Source of the DNA: Mycobacterium leprae TN
Lineage (GTDB): Bacteria > Actinomycetota > Actinomycetes > Mycobacteriales > Mycobacteriaceae
Assembly (NCBI RefSeq): GCF_000195855.1
Contig: NC_002677.1
Location: forward strand, 60,001-92,000
Reading direction: 5' to 3'
DNA: 32,000 nucleotides
In this document: piece after piece, positions 1 through 8,865 of the stretch
How the letters are laid out: each line of letters opens with the position of its first letter
Numbering within the stretch: the stretch's first letter is position 1
Made by a program: the position numbers and the translations under genes
Notes under the pieces: model-generated
Seen by the model: only the letters and a program-made list of their open reading frames with translations
What the model was told of the DNA's origin: nothing
Database searches by the model: none

Positions 1-1315
1 AGTCCTCTCCGCTCAGGGCGTGTTGGGCTGTGCTGTATTCCGCTGCGGGGAGAACTTCAAGATTGACTGCATTTACGCTGGTGTGCGTGCGGATATCGTT
101 GTAGGACTTCACATCTTTGTCTGCCAGCAGATCAGCGATGTTTGCTTCCGAAAAACGTCCCGCTCGGTCGGCGAGGTTTCCGCAGCTGGTATCTGCGTCA
201 ACTACCAGAATCCGGTCGTTACGCACCCGAGCGAACATCGAGCCCAAAGTAACCGTCACGGTCGTCTTACCGGCCCCGCCTTTGAGGCCCAAGATCCCGA
301 TCTGATACGAACCGCGGGGCGGTCGACGTACCCGCGTGCGCAAATCCAGCTCGTAGCGCTCGTCTGGTGACAGGCCCAGGTTTATCCGCGTCACGGTATG
401 GACCCAATGCCGCCACCCTCGTTTAGCCACCACCTTGCTCGGCTTTTTGGCCCCGGTGCTCCGTCCTGTCTGCACGCCGATTGCGGATGTCGCAGTCGAA
501 TCGTGCAGTGCGGTACGGTGACTTACCAGGCCATCAGGTCTGGTAAGATGTTGTGTCGGAGCCGGCTCTGCTGCGGCGTGGGGCGCCTGCCGCAGTTCAG
601 CTGTCCTCGCGCGCGGCGCGATCATAGGCTCAGTTGCTGATGCCGGGTTGGCCTGTTGGGTTTCGTCGCGATGGTGGTGACCCCGGCGAGCGTGTCGTGA
701 ATGTTGGTTCGCAGATGGACGCGGCGCTTCAGGCGGACTGCTCATTGGCCTCGGAAGCAAAGATGGTTTGGGTGTAGCCGGAGGCTGTGCTTCGAATTCA
801 GCAAGAGAAGGTTCAGGCGAGGTGACCGGCGTTCGCTGGGATCCGTCGATTGGCGTCATCGGCATTGGCGTTGCAGGTTTGGCCGGGGAAGGCTCGTTGA
901 TCGGTATCGGGACCGATGGGGGCTCGGCTTTAGCAAATTGATGTTCGGGTGCCTCCGCGGGTGGCCATTGCGGAGGTTCGCTGATTGGCATTAACGATGC
1001 TGCTGGCGAACGGGGAGGGGCGCTAACTGGCATAGGGGCCCGCGGAGATTCGGATGAGGCCGGCGGGGGTTGCACCGAGCTGCCGATGGGCATCGGGGGC
1101 AGAGGAGATTTGGATGCAGCCGGGGGGTTCGGCGGCAGCTGCTCTGACCAATCCGGCATTGGGGACGCAACTTCACCATTGGGCGTCGTAGTACAGGTTG
1201 GTATGATGGGTGGCGGATATAGTGGAGCATCGTCGAATAACTGCTCCGCTGCCTGATCTGGCGATGCGTAGGCACCATCGTCAAGCCGAAAGAGTTTGTC
1301 ATAATCGGCCGCCAT
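1..1315 (-). CDS. espI: EspI, ESX-1 secretion-associated protein with a Pro-rich N-terminus and a ParA/MinD-like ATPase domain. Partial: the 3' end lies beyond the window start.
   Basis: Hand translation of the minus strand from the ATG (complement of 1313-1315) is stop-free to position 1. It is absent from the ORF track because it runs off the edge. It reads MAADYDKLFRLDDGAYASPDQAAEQLF, then about 250 aa of Pro-rich sequence, then RGWRHWVHTVTRINLGLSPDERYELDLRTRVRRPPRGSYQIGILGLKGGAGKTTVTVTLGSMFARVRNDRILVVDADTSCGNLADR, which carries the deviant Walker A KGGAGKTT. It sits immediately downstream of esxA, as Rv3876 does. Confidence 0.9.
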   Translation of the reverse strand, partial: MAADYDKLFRLDDGAYASPDQAAEQLFDDAPLYPPPIIPTCTTTPNGEVASPMPDWSEQLPPNPPAASKSPLPPMPIGSSVQPPPASSESPRAPMPVSAPPRSPAASLMPISEPPQWPPAEAPEHQFAKAEPPSVPIPINEPSPAKPATPMPMTPIDGSQRTPVTSPEPSLAEFEAQPPATPKPSLLPRPMSSPPEAPRPSANQHSRHARRGHHHRDETQQANPASATEPMIAPRARTAELRQAPHAAAEPAPTQHLTRPDGLVSHRTALHDSTATSAIGVQTGRSTGAKKPSKVVAKRGWRHWVHTVTRINLGLSPDERYELDLRTRVRRPPRGSYQIGILGLKGGAGKTTVTVTLGSMFARVRNDRILVVDADTSCGNLADRAGRFSEANIADLLADKDVKSYNDIRTHTSVNAVNLEVLPAAEYSTAQHALSGED

Positions 1316-1350
1316 GAGAGCCTTTCAGATGTGTGGTCCAGTACACACGA

Positions 1351-1393
1351 GAAAAGGGCGAGATCCCTTGAAGTAGAGCCCGCCCCGATCTCG
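1351..1393 (-). terminator. Weak intrinsic-terminator-like hairpin downstream of esxA
   Basis: In minus-strand sense, cgagatc (1387-1393) pairs with gatctcg (1359-1365), giving a 7-bp stem and a 21-nt loop. It is followed by cccuuuucuc (complement of 1351-1358). The stem is short, so this call is tentative. Confidence 0.3.
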
Positions 1394-1405
1394 TGCGTGG
1401 GTATT

Positions 1406-1693
1406 CTACCCGGTGAACATACTCATGACGCCTGCCTCGGTCTGTTGCATCGTTTCAGCCGAGTGATTGATTGCTTGCACCAGGTCGCCCAGTGCATGGT
1501 TTATTCCCTCGGTGTTCTGGTTGAAACGTCGTTGGACTGACGAATAGGACTCGTTACCGGAACCATGCCACGAGCTCTGCAGCTTTGTGAGCGATTCTTG
1601 GCATTGCTCGAGCAACGCATCGATTCTGCTCTGGCTTCCTTGCAGTTCGTTGACGGCACCCTGTAGGGCAGGAAAGTGCCACGCCTGTATCAT
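1406..1693 (-). CDS. esxA: ESAT-6 (EsxA), WXG100 family ESX-1 substrate
   Basis: 95-aa ORF reading MIQAWHFPALQGAVNELQGSQSRIDALLEQCQ...SSWHGSGNESY...SMFTG. It has a central W-x-G motif (WHG) and WXG100 length, and lies directly downstream of esxB. Confidence 0.97.
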   Translation of the reverse strand: MIQAWHFPALQGAVNELQGSQSRIDALLEQCQESLTKLQSSWHGSGNESYSSVQRRFNQNTEGINHALGDLVQAINHSAETMQQTEAGVMSMFTG

Positions 1694-1719
1694 CTCATGC
1701 TCCGTTCTTGGTGATTGGA

Positions 1720-2022
1720 TCAGAAGTTCATCTTCGAGGACAACAATTGGTTTGCTTCATCGTCGGTCTTGGTGTAGTTGCCGCCGGACCGGTTCAGCTT
1801 ATCGACGATGCTTTCCAGCTGTCTGATCTGGTCTTGCATGGCTTCGTCGAAGCGCCCCAACGCACCAAGGGCTGCCGAGGCGGCCTGGCCCTCCCAGGTG
1901 TTCTGAAAGCTCTGTCCGATGCTGTCAACAAAGTTCCGTTCTTGGCTGAGGCCGGACGCAATTTGATCGAACTGTGCTGCCTGCTGGGTGAGGATCGCGG
2001 CCTCGGTGATCATTTCTGCCAT
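1720..2022 (-). CDS. esxB: CFP-10 (EsxB), WXG100 family ESX-1 substrate
   Basis: The track ORF 1720..2115 begins at a GTG. The conserved protein begins at MAEMITEAAILTQQAAQFDQI (ATG at complement of 2020-2022), giving 100 aa. It has a WEG motif (NTWEGQAA) and a C-terminal Y-x-x-x-D secretion signal (YTKTDDEANQLL). A purine-rich SD-like stretch (aagaaagagag) lies upstream. Confidence 0.95.
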   Translation of the reverse strand: MAEMITEAAILTQQAAQFDQIASGLSQERNFVDSIGQSFQNTWEGQAASAALGALGRFDEAMQDQIRQLESIVDKLNRSGGNYTKTDDEANQLLSSKMNF

Positions 2023-2200
2023 GTTGGTTCTACTCTCTTTCTTGCTGTTACTCGCCAGATGCTGGCAAGTCTTTCCGGCCCGGGCGCCGGGAAGTTTGTG
2101 ATTTTGGGTGTTCACCAGTTGTGCTGGTCGTCATCCCAGTCCTCTCAATCGTTCTCGTTGGGCATCCCGAACTGTTGTGCTGGTGGCTTACCAGAGCTGT

Positions 2201-3109
2201 TCAGGTCGTTCCACCGTCTTGGGCGTTGTGCCCCGGAGAGCCTGCCGCCCACGGGGGCAGCATCACCCGTTGCCGAGGCTCCGGCGCAATCGACTTATCG
2301 ATCAACTGGAACTGGGTCATCAGCGGTGTCCACGCCAACGACCCGCTCGCACTGGGCAGCGACTCCGCGCACAGCAGTCTTGTGTCGGTGGTTGTGCCCG
2401 TTATACCGACCAAAGGATGGCTGGATAGTGTACTGGCACCAAAAAGACCAATGCGATGGGCGCTTTCCGTGTCGCCGCGTTGGGCACTCGTGTAAACGCC
2501 AGTGCTATCTATAGAGGTGAAGAGTGACTTCACCTGCTGCATCGGGCGAGCAAGCTCCGCGACCTGCCCAACCGTTTGCTGCAGCACCTGGGTTGAAGGC
2601 AGGGCAGCGGAAAATCCGGATATCATCTGCGTGAATTGGTTCACCTGGGACGTTAGGGCTGATGGCGGGGAGTAGCTCGACGGATTAAGGATCGCGGCCA
2701 TTGGCTCAAGCTTTTGGAAAGCCGTGTTCAGCAGGGTTTCCGCCTGGTAGGAGTTCATTGCTAAGGCGGTCTGGGTTCGCATGCAAATGAAATCGCCCGC
2801 TTCCGTAAAGGCGATTGGCGCCATATTGATGCCAAAGAAGTTGATGGTGGCAAGGATTGCCTGGGTGATGTGGTTTTCGGTAATCACGGCCATTCCCGGC
2901 GTGCTTGCCATTGCTTGCCTGTGCGCTTCGGCCTGCGTGGTTGTCTGCTCTGCAGCGGATTGCAGCCAGGTAATCATGGGCTTGGCAGCCGCAATCGGCG
3001 CCACCGCTGCTTGCTCTGGTTCACACTTCGCTGAGGGAGCTGGGGTGTGCCAATAATTCGGCGGACACTCGCTCGGGACTGATGCGGGCCACAACATCGG
3101 CCAAGTCAT
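2201..3109 (-). CDS. PPE68: PPE68-like protein, open but degenerate: divergent and shortened N-terminus, C-terminal tail lost by frameshift
   Basis: 302-aa ORF. The central region is clearly PPE-like: ITENHITQAILATINFFGINMAPIAFTEAGDF...ALAMNSYQAETLLNTAFQKLEPMAAILNP. The position between eccCb1 and esxB matches Rv3873. The likely start is the second Met (MLWPAS, 3097). The N-terminal Pro-Pro-Glu motif reads VPSE. The region that holds the WxG motif in H37Rv PPE68 is missing. See findings. Confidence 0.75.
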   Translation of the reverse strand: MTWPMLWPASVPSECPPNYWHTPAPSAKCEPEQAAVAPIAAAKPMITWLQSAAEQTTTQAEAHRQAMASTPGMAVITENHITQAILATINFFGINMAPIAFTEAGDFICMRTQTALAMNSYQAETLLNTAFQKLEPMAAILNPSSYSPPSALTSQVNQFTQMISGFSAALPSTQVLQQTVGQVAELARPMQQVKSLFTSIDSTGVYTSAQRGDTESAHRIGLFGASTLSSHPLVGITGTTTDTRLLCAESLPSASGSLAWTPLMTQFQLIDKSIAPEPRQRVMLPPWAAGSPGHNAQDGGTT

Positions 3110-3318
3110 GTTGTCAGCTCCCTACTGTCTGCAATGTATTGATGTTTTGTCGGGTCAAACTGCGACACCGCAACCATGTCAGCGCGACTGTTGACTCGCG
3201 AATAGACATGAGCGACATGGAATGTATCTCCCCGAAAAAACAGTCCAATAGTTCGCCGTGTCCCCGTTTTGGTGTGGTTGTCGGTGGCCAGTTTCCTCCG
3301 TTGGGTAATGAAATTATC

Positions 3319-5112
3319 TTAACTGCTTGCTGGTGGTACTGCGAACACTTCTTTTGGAGGATCGACTTCTGGAGGATCGACGTAGACCGCCTGGATAACC
3401 TCTTTGGCCTCCGGTGAGACCATAAATGCCTGGCCAGGAGGCCGTCGCTTGACCTTGATCTCGGAGGAGGGGAATTCCTGCTTGTCACCAGAAAGGAAGA
3501 TGGTCGGAGCTCCCGCCCCGAATGCACTGCCGACGAACTTGTCCATAGTTGCTTTGTATGCCTGGCTCATCAAACAGGTGACAAGAATATGCAACCCGAT
3601 ATCCGGAGCCGCTGGCAATAACGGGGCGAGTGGGCCCATGGGCGGTGCACTGCCGGCCGCGCTGACGATCATGTGCCAATCGTCGACTAGCAGCACCACA
3701 TCAAATCCGCTCCACCACGATCGCGACCGCACCTGTGCGGTTGTCAGGTCAGCCGGTGGCAACCTTTTCTTCAGGTTAGTCGTCAGGGCTCGGATGGCCT
3801 CGTCCAAGCTTGCACTGTTGCGGTTGATCGCACCCGCGTCGAGTAGGTGGCTGTCCGGTACTGCGTCCAGCAAACTCGACCTGTAGTCGGCGAGCATGAA
3901 CCGCACTTGTTTCGGACTGTTCCGAGCACAGATGGCTCGCGCGATCGCATGCACGATGCGTGTCTTACCCGATTTGGAGTTCCCGAAGATCAGTAAGTGC
4001 GGATTCGAACTCATGTGAGCGTAGGCCACCGACAGATCGGTTTCGCGTACTCCGACAGGAATCGTCCAGCGGGTGCGGTAGTCGGAATCCGGTCCGGGCG
4101 GGTTCGGGTCGATCTCTTGCAGGTATACTTGCGACGGCAGAACCCGAACCCTGGGTGCTTGTTCAGTGGTTTTAGCTGCGATTTGCGCCACCCCGGCTGT
4201 CATCGCGTCCACCAGGTCGTCGGCGCTGTGCGCGCCGTCGAACCTAGGCACCCCCATCATCAGGTGGTGCTTCTCAACCGAAATGGCTCGGCCCGGACGA
4301 TTTGCCGGGATATCCCGAGCAATGCGGTCGATCTGAGTGTCGTTGACGTCGCCGAGTCGGAATTCGATCTTGGTGCCCAAGTAGTCACGAACGCGCGACC
4401 GCAGTTCTGTCCAGCGTGGTGTGGTGATCACCGTGTGGACGCCGAACGAAAGCCCCTGTGCGGCTAGATCCTGGACCGCCGCTTCGAGGTCGGGAAACTC
4501 ACTGGTAAATGCTGACCAACCGTCGATGATTAGAAATACATCGCCGAACGGGTCGGCCGCGACGGGATGGCTGCGGTTCGTGCGCAGTTGCCGATACGCT
4601 GCCATCGAGCCGACCCGGTTTTCTTTGAAGGTGATTTCTCGTTGACGCATAACGGCTTGCGCCTCGGCGATCACTCGGTTAATTCGGTCGGGCTCTGATC
4701 GGTTCGCTACCCCGCCGACGTGCGGCAGGTTTTCCAGGTAGATCAGCCCGCCACCACCGAGATCGATGCAGTAGAACTGGACGTCCCGCGGTGAGTGCGT
4801 GGCAGCCGCTGACATCACCATGGTCTGCAGAAGGGTTGTCTTCCCGGTTTGCGGCGCGCCCCCGATGCCAATGTTGCCGCCCGCCCCGGAAAGATCAACG
4901 CCCCAGATGTCCTGGCGGTGCCGCCGCGGCTCATCCATGATGCCCAACGCAAAGTGCAGCGGATGTCTGTTGCTGTCACGCTCTATGAGTTCATTCAGTG
5001 GTAACGGATCGAGCAGCGGTGGCAACCACATCTTGTATGCAAGGGATTCACCGGTGCCGAGTTGCTCGAGTACTACCTCGCGAAGCGCGCGTACTTCCGG
5101 TTCGGCAGTCAT
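3319..5112 (-). CDS. eccCb1: EccCb1, ESX-1 FtsK/SpoIIIE-type ATPase (cytosolic subunit)
   Basis: 597-aa ORF starting [20 protein letters not shown]. It has two P-loops, [13 protein letters not shown] and [13 protein letters not shown]. Position and length match Rv3871. Confidence 0.95.
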   Translation of the reverse strand: MTAEPEVRALREVVLEQLGTGESLAYKMWLPPLLDPLPLNELIERDSNRHPLHFALGIMDEPRRHRQDIWGVDLSGAGGNIGIGGAPQTGKTTLLQTMVMSAAATHSPRDVQFYCIDLGGGGLIYLENLPHVGGVANRSEPDRINRVIAEAQAVMRQREITFKENRVGSMAAYRQLRTNRSHPVAADPFGDVFLIIDGWSAFTSEFPDLEAAVQDLAAQGLSFGVHTVITTPRWTELRSRVRDYLGTKIEFRLGDVNDTQIDRIARDIPANRPGRAISVEKHHLMMGVPRFDGAHSADDLVDAMTAGVAQIAAKTTEQAPRVRVLPSQVYLQEIDPNPPGPDSDYRTRWTIPVGVRETDLSVAYAHMSSNPHLLIFGNSKSGKTRIVHAIARAICARNSPKQVRFMLADYRSSLLDAVPDSHLLDAGAINRNSASLDEAIRALTTNLKKRLPPADLTTAQVRSRSWWSGFDVVLLVDDWHMIVSAAGSAPPMGPLAPLLPAAPDIGLHILVTCLMSQAYKATMDKFVGSAFGAGAPTIFLSGDKQEFPSSEIKVKRRPPGQAFMVSPEAKEVIQAVYVDPPEVDPPKEVFAVPPASS

Positions 5113-5185
5113 TGGCGCCGTTACTCCCCCATCGCTTCGCCTACCGCAAACAGGTGGTGCCCCACTGCATCGTAGCTAGCGTGGA

Positions 5186-7420
5186 TCATGACGTTGTCGT
5201 CGATTCGAGGATTGGAGCGGCGGTGAATTCGTAGATATGCACCTTTTTCCGGCTAGCCCACGGACTGGACGGACTACTGTCACCGTTGGTTTCCGTTGCG
5301 ATCGCCGGAACGAAGGGGATACCGGTGTACAGGGAACTGAACTTGACGGGGTCCTCCATGCCAATCCGGAGAAATCCGACGCCGCTTTCCTTGTTGGTGA
5401 TGTACTGCGCTTCTGGGGTTCCGATCACCGCCTTGGACTCTGCCGAGCTGGTGGTGCGCAGCGCGATGCGGTAGGTCAGGTTGGGTTCTAGTTTGTCGAT
5501 GCGCACCCCGCCAGTTTGCAGCGACTGGGTGGCCAGCAACAGATGCACGCGTAGTGACCTCCCGACGCGGCAAATCCGGTCGAACAGTCCGATGAAGTCG
5601 GGGTGACTTTGCAGCAACTCGGCGAACTCGTCTACGACGACGAAAAGTGTTGGTAGCGGTGCTAGGTTGGCGCCTCGCTCCCGGTACTTCTCGTATTCGG
5701 CCACCCCGGAGAGCGCGCCAGCCGCGCCGACTAGGGTGCCGGCTTGTCGAAGGATGTTCTGGCGTCGGTCAAGTTCGCCGGTCAACACTTCACCCATTCG
5801 GCTTACCAGTTCGGCTTCCTCGGCCATGTTTGTGACGACAGCAGCGGTGTGTGGAAGCTTCTCCATTCCCAGGAATGTAGAACCGCCTTTGAAGTCGGTA
5901 AGCAAGAGGTTCACCTGGTTCGGGTGTGTCATTGCGACCAATGACAAGATCAGGGTACGAAGGAATTCAGATTTTCCTGATCCCGTGGTCCCGATCAGCA
6001 TGCCGTGCGGTCCGCCGCCGAACTCGGCGCCTTCCTTGATATCCAGGTACATGATATTGCCGGTCTTGAATTCGTGCCCAAAAGGGATCTTGAGGCGGTC
6101 CCGGTCATTGTCGGTATACATCCGCCAGCGGCTCGGTAGCACCTCTTCGACAGTGTTGGCACCAACTAGCTGGTGCCATTCGGTCGCCACTTTCTTCTGT
6201 ACGCGCGACGTTTTATCGAGGATGGTGCCGGTGATCGACCATCCGGCTAACTTCCGAGCGATACGGGTGGCTTCTGCCTTAGAGAGGTGGTCGACGGTCG
6301 AAGTCACTTGACGGAAACTTTGGCCAGGCAATCGGTCGTCGGCGGTCCCGTTCTTGTTGACTCTAATGCGGTAGGTCGAGCTGCGGTGATTGCCGAGCGT
6401 GATCACTGTGACACCAGCTCTGCCGTCGGGCGGGAAACCCGCCTTGCCACCGGTCAGATCCACGAGGATGACGTAGGGGCCACCGGGCAGCGAATCGGGT
6501 GCATGCGGACCGCGCGACATCAGATCGGCCAGACTGTCACTGCGGGTGAAGATCATTCGGGCCGCCCCGGCGGCGTCGGTTTCCGTCGGGTGCTGAATGT
6601 GCGGCAGCCATTTCAGCCAGGACCAGTTGGGATCGTCGGGTTTCTCGGTGAGAACCCGAATTTGCAGCAGGTCCGGCGGATGGAACACGGCCAGGTGACA
6701 GATCATCGCGGTCAGTAATCCGCCCGCCCCAGCCGTGTCTCCGCCGACAGCGATTGTCGGAAATGTACGCATTTGCAGCAGTTTCGGGCAGTCGTGCACC
6801 AGCCCGTGGGTCCGCAAAAATTTGACTACCCACATGTGGCTGACCGGTTCCAGGAACGGCTGAGGCGCTGCACCGCTCGCTGTCAGTTCCCCGCCGACGG
6901 CTGGTTTCAGCAATCGATCCACAGCGGGTTGGTCGCCGACACCGATGCGGGTAGCTGCGTAGAAGTCGGCGTTCGCTGGCCGGGACCACTGCCGCTGTGT
7001 GCCTACGATCGACAGCAGATCTTGGGGGTGGGGCGCGTGATAACTGAAGAACGCCACCTGCGAAGCGGCCGAGGATGTCACCCGAGCGCGTAGTCCGGCC
7101 AGATAGCGCAAGTATTCCTTACGGTCGGCGTTGATCTCAGGAACCTTTTTACCACCACCCCCCCCACCACTGCCGCCGGCCATCATCATGACCATCATGA
7201 TTGGCATCATCAGCATGTACGGCGAGAGTTGCTTGGTGCCGCCAAGCACCATGATCGCGATCATGCCGACTATGCAACCGACCATCACATAGGGAAGAAT
7301 CTTCTGTATACCCGATGGTGGGATCTCAAGACCGAGGTCATCGGGCGGCGTGATGTTGATCTCGCCCGGTGTCAATCGCGGTCCGCGGGTGATAGTCGGG
7401 GTGAACTTTTTCGTCGTCAT
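5186..7420 (-). CDS. eccCa1: EccCa1, ESX-1 FtsK/SpoIIIE-type ATPase (membrane subunit)
   Basis: 744-aa ORF starting [20 protein letters not shown]. It has two N-terminal hydrophobic segments ([21 protein letters not shown] and [16 protein letters not shown]) and a Walker [14 protein letters not shown]. Its start overlaps the eccB1 stop by 4 bp. Confidence 0.95.
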   Translation of the reverse strand: MTTKKFTPTITRGPRLTPGEINITPPDDLGLEIPPSGIQKILPYVMVGCIVGMIAIMVLGGTKQLSPYMLMMPIMMVMMMAGGSGGGGGGKKVPEINADRKEYLRYLAGLRARVTSSAASQVAFFSYHAPHPQDLLSIVGTQRQWSRPANADFYAATRIGVGDQPAVDRLLKPAVGGELTASGAAPQPFLEPVSHMWVVKFLRTHGLVHDCPKLLQMRTFPTIAVGGDTAGAGGLLTAMICHLAVFHPPDLLQIRVLTEKPDDPNWSWLKWLPHIQHPTETDAAGAARMIFTRSDSLADLMSRGPHAPDSLPGGPYVILVDLTGGKAGFPPDGRAGVTVITLGNHRSSTYRIRVNKNGTADDRLPGQSFRQVTSTVDHLSKAEATRIARKLAGWSITGTILDKTSRVQKKVATEWHQLVGANTVEEVLPSRWRMYTDNDRDRLKIPFGHEFKTGNIMYLDIKEGAEFGGGPHGMLIGTTGSGKSEFLRTLILSLVAMTHPNQVNLLLTDFKGGSTFLGMEKLPHTAAVVTNMAEEAELVSRMGEVLTGELDRRQNILRQAGTLVGAAGALSGVAEYEKYRERGANLAPLPTLFVVVDEFAELLQSHPDFIGLFDRICRVGRSLRVHLLLATQSLQTGGVRIDKLEPNLTYRIALRTTSSAESKAVIGTPEAQYITNKESGVGFLRIGMEDPVKFSSLYTGIPFVPAIATETNGDSSPSSPWASRKKVHIYEFTAAPILESTTTS

Positions 7421-8862
7421 GGCCTCACTCCAGAGTAGCCGGCTGGTACTTTCCGTGGGCTTGGGTCCGCGATCAGCGTATCGTGCTCTAACAGAGCTGC
7501 GTCTCTGGAGAGCACAGGCCCCTCCACCAGAAGACGAACGATCACCCAGGGCGCTGTCTGCGGTGAAGCGAGGCCCAGCGCCTTCACCGCCTCCGAGTTC
7601 GCCAGGCCGTAACGTACTCCCTCCGGATCAACGTAGTACAGGGATTCACTGTACCGGGGGTCTGGAGACTGTAGCGCCACGTATCTGCCACCATCAATAT
7701 AGACGGTTGCTGTCCCACGGATCTGTTTTATACCTGTGCTCATGGCTGACGGCTGTAGTGGCAGATGCTGACCAATCAACATGGTTCTCTTCGGCGCCTG
7801 ATCACTGGCTTTGCGTTCCCATGCCCAACACAGCGTTGGGTAGTCGTCCCGGGCCACCATCTTGAGTGGTTCATCGGGCAGTGGCGAGTCGTAGACCCGT
7901 TCGGGAATCTGGACGACCACGTTTGGTACCAGTGATGGAGGCGCTACCAGTCCATGCGACTGGGTAGCGCGCAACGCATCAGCGGTGGTGGCATTCACCT
8001 GGGCGATGCCGTCGGAGAGTACCACGTAGTACTGTGGGCTCTTTTCCATTTGGATTTGGAACACCGACCCAATTACGAGGTCTGGGGATAACCCCAGCGA
8101 ATTAGGTGCTCCAGTGTCAGGAATCGTCGGCAGCTCCCACCTGCCGACGTCGGGTAGTGCGTTGAACAGGCCCTCAGAGAGTGGGGTTGGCTTAACGTTT
8201 ACCGATATTCCTATGGCCGAGGTTAGGGCCCGGTCGGCCAGATCGATGGAGTGCCGCCCTTTTGAGTTAACTAGCCACGTTTTGTCCCGGTATGACGCCA
8301 GTAGCGCTTCGTTCGGTTGCAATGGATTTATCGCAGGGTCGATCTGTAGTGATCGAGCTATAACCGAAGTCTGCACCGCCGGCGATTCGCTCTCGATCTT
8401 GGCGACGGTGTCGCACAAGGTCCAGGTTGACGAGGAATCCCCTGAAACAGGCGTGGCGTAGGGTGCACCAGGGATTCCGATGGTCTGACCTATAGGCAGC
8501 TTGGTCAATTCGCTGGACTTCACGGCAGCTGGGTTAGCCGGTTTGCCCAGCGCCAGTCGCGCCGAGGTCAAGTTGTACACTGGATACAGATGCCCGGACA
8601 AGAGCACGTAGAGCTGATTGGTTGCCCGATCGGTCAGAAGGGTGCTGGCACCTAGCTTGCCCTGTGGTTTGAAGTACGCCAGCAGGACGGCGCCTATCAG
8701 GAGCGCAACCGCAACAACGATGCCAAGGGCGATCGAGCGACTGTAGAACTGCAGCGGGTCGTCGAACATCCGAGTGTCGCGCCGCACGATGGCATGCTCA
8801 ACCCTGCGAAGCAGGAAGCGCCAGCCGCTGACCTGAACCTTGGTGGTCAGGCGAAGCCCCAT
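7417..8862 (-). CDS. eccB1: EccB1, ESX-1 conserved membrane component
   Basis: 481-aa ORF starting [40 protein letters not shown]. It has a single TM segment ([21 protein letters not shown]). It is collinear with Rv3869 along its full length, from memory of the H37Rv protein. Confidence 0.95.
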   Translation of the reverse strand: MGLRLTTKVQVSGWRFLLRRVEHAIVRRDTRMFDDPLQFYSRSIALGIVVAVALLIGAVLLAYFKPQGKLGASTLLTDRATNQLYVLLSGHLYPVYNLTSARLALGKPANPAAVKSSELTKLPIGQTIGIPGAPYATPVSGDSSSTWTLCDTVAKIESESPAVQTSVIARSLQIDPAINPLQPNEALLASYRDKTWLVNSKGRHSIDLADRALTSAIGISVNVKPTPLSEGLFNALPDVGRWELPTIPDTGAPNSLGLSPDLVIGSVFQIQMEKSPQYYVVLSDGIAQVNATTADALRATQSHGLVAPPSLVPNVVVQIPERVYDSPLPDEPLKMVARDDYPTLCWAWERKASDQAPKRTMLIGQHLPLQPSAMSTGIKQIRGTATVYIDGGRYVALQSPDPRYSESLYYVDPEGVRYGLANSEAVKALGLASPQTAPWVIVRLLVEGPVLSRDAALLEHDTLIADPSPRKVPAGYSGVRP

Positions 8863-8865
8863 GGT

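Noticed and set aside
2023-2115. 31-codon extension of esxB from a GTG
   Set aside because: WXG100 proteins are about 100 aa. The conserved sequence starts at MAEMITEAA with an SD-like element. The extension overlaps the out-of-frame PPE68 tail remnant.
1708-2514. 268-aa plus-strand ORF
   Set aside because: It is antisense to esxB and the PPE68 3' end. It is a typical high-GC shadow ORF with no recognisable motifs.
5667-6311. 214-aa plus-strand ORF, plus similar antisense ORFs at 18372..18926, 19260..19892 and 21567..22175
   Set aside because: All are antisense to strongly supported long CDSs (eccCa1 and gltB). They are Arg/Pro/Ser-rich shadow frames.
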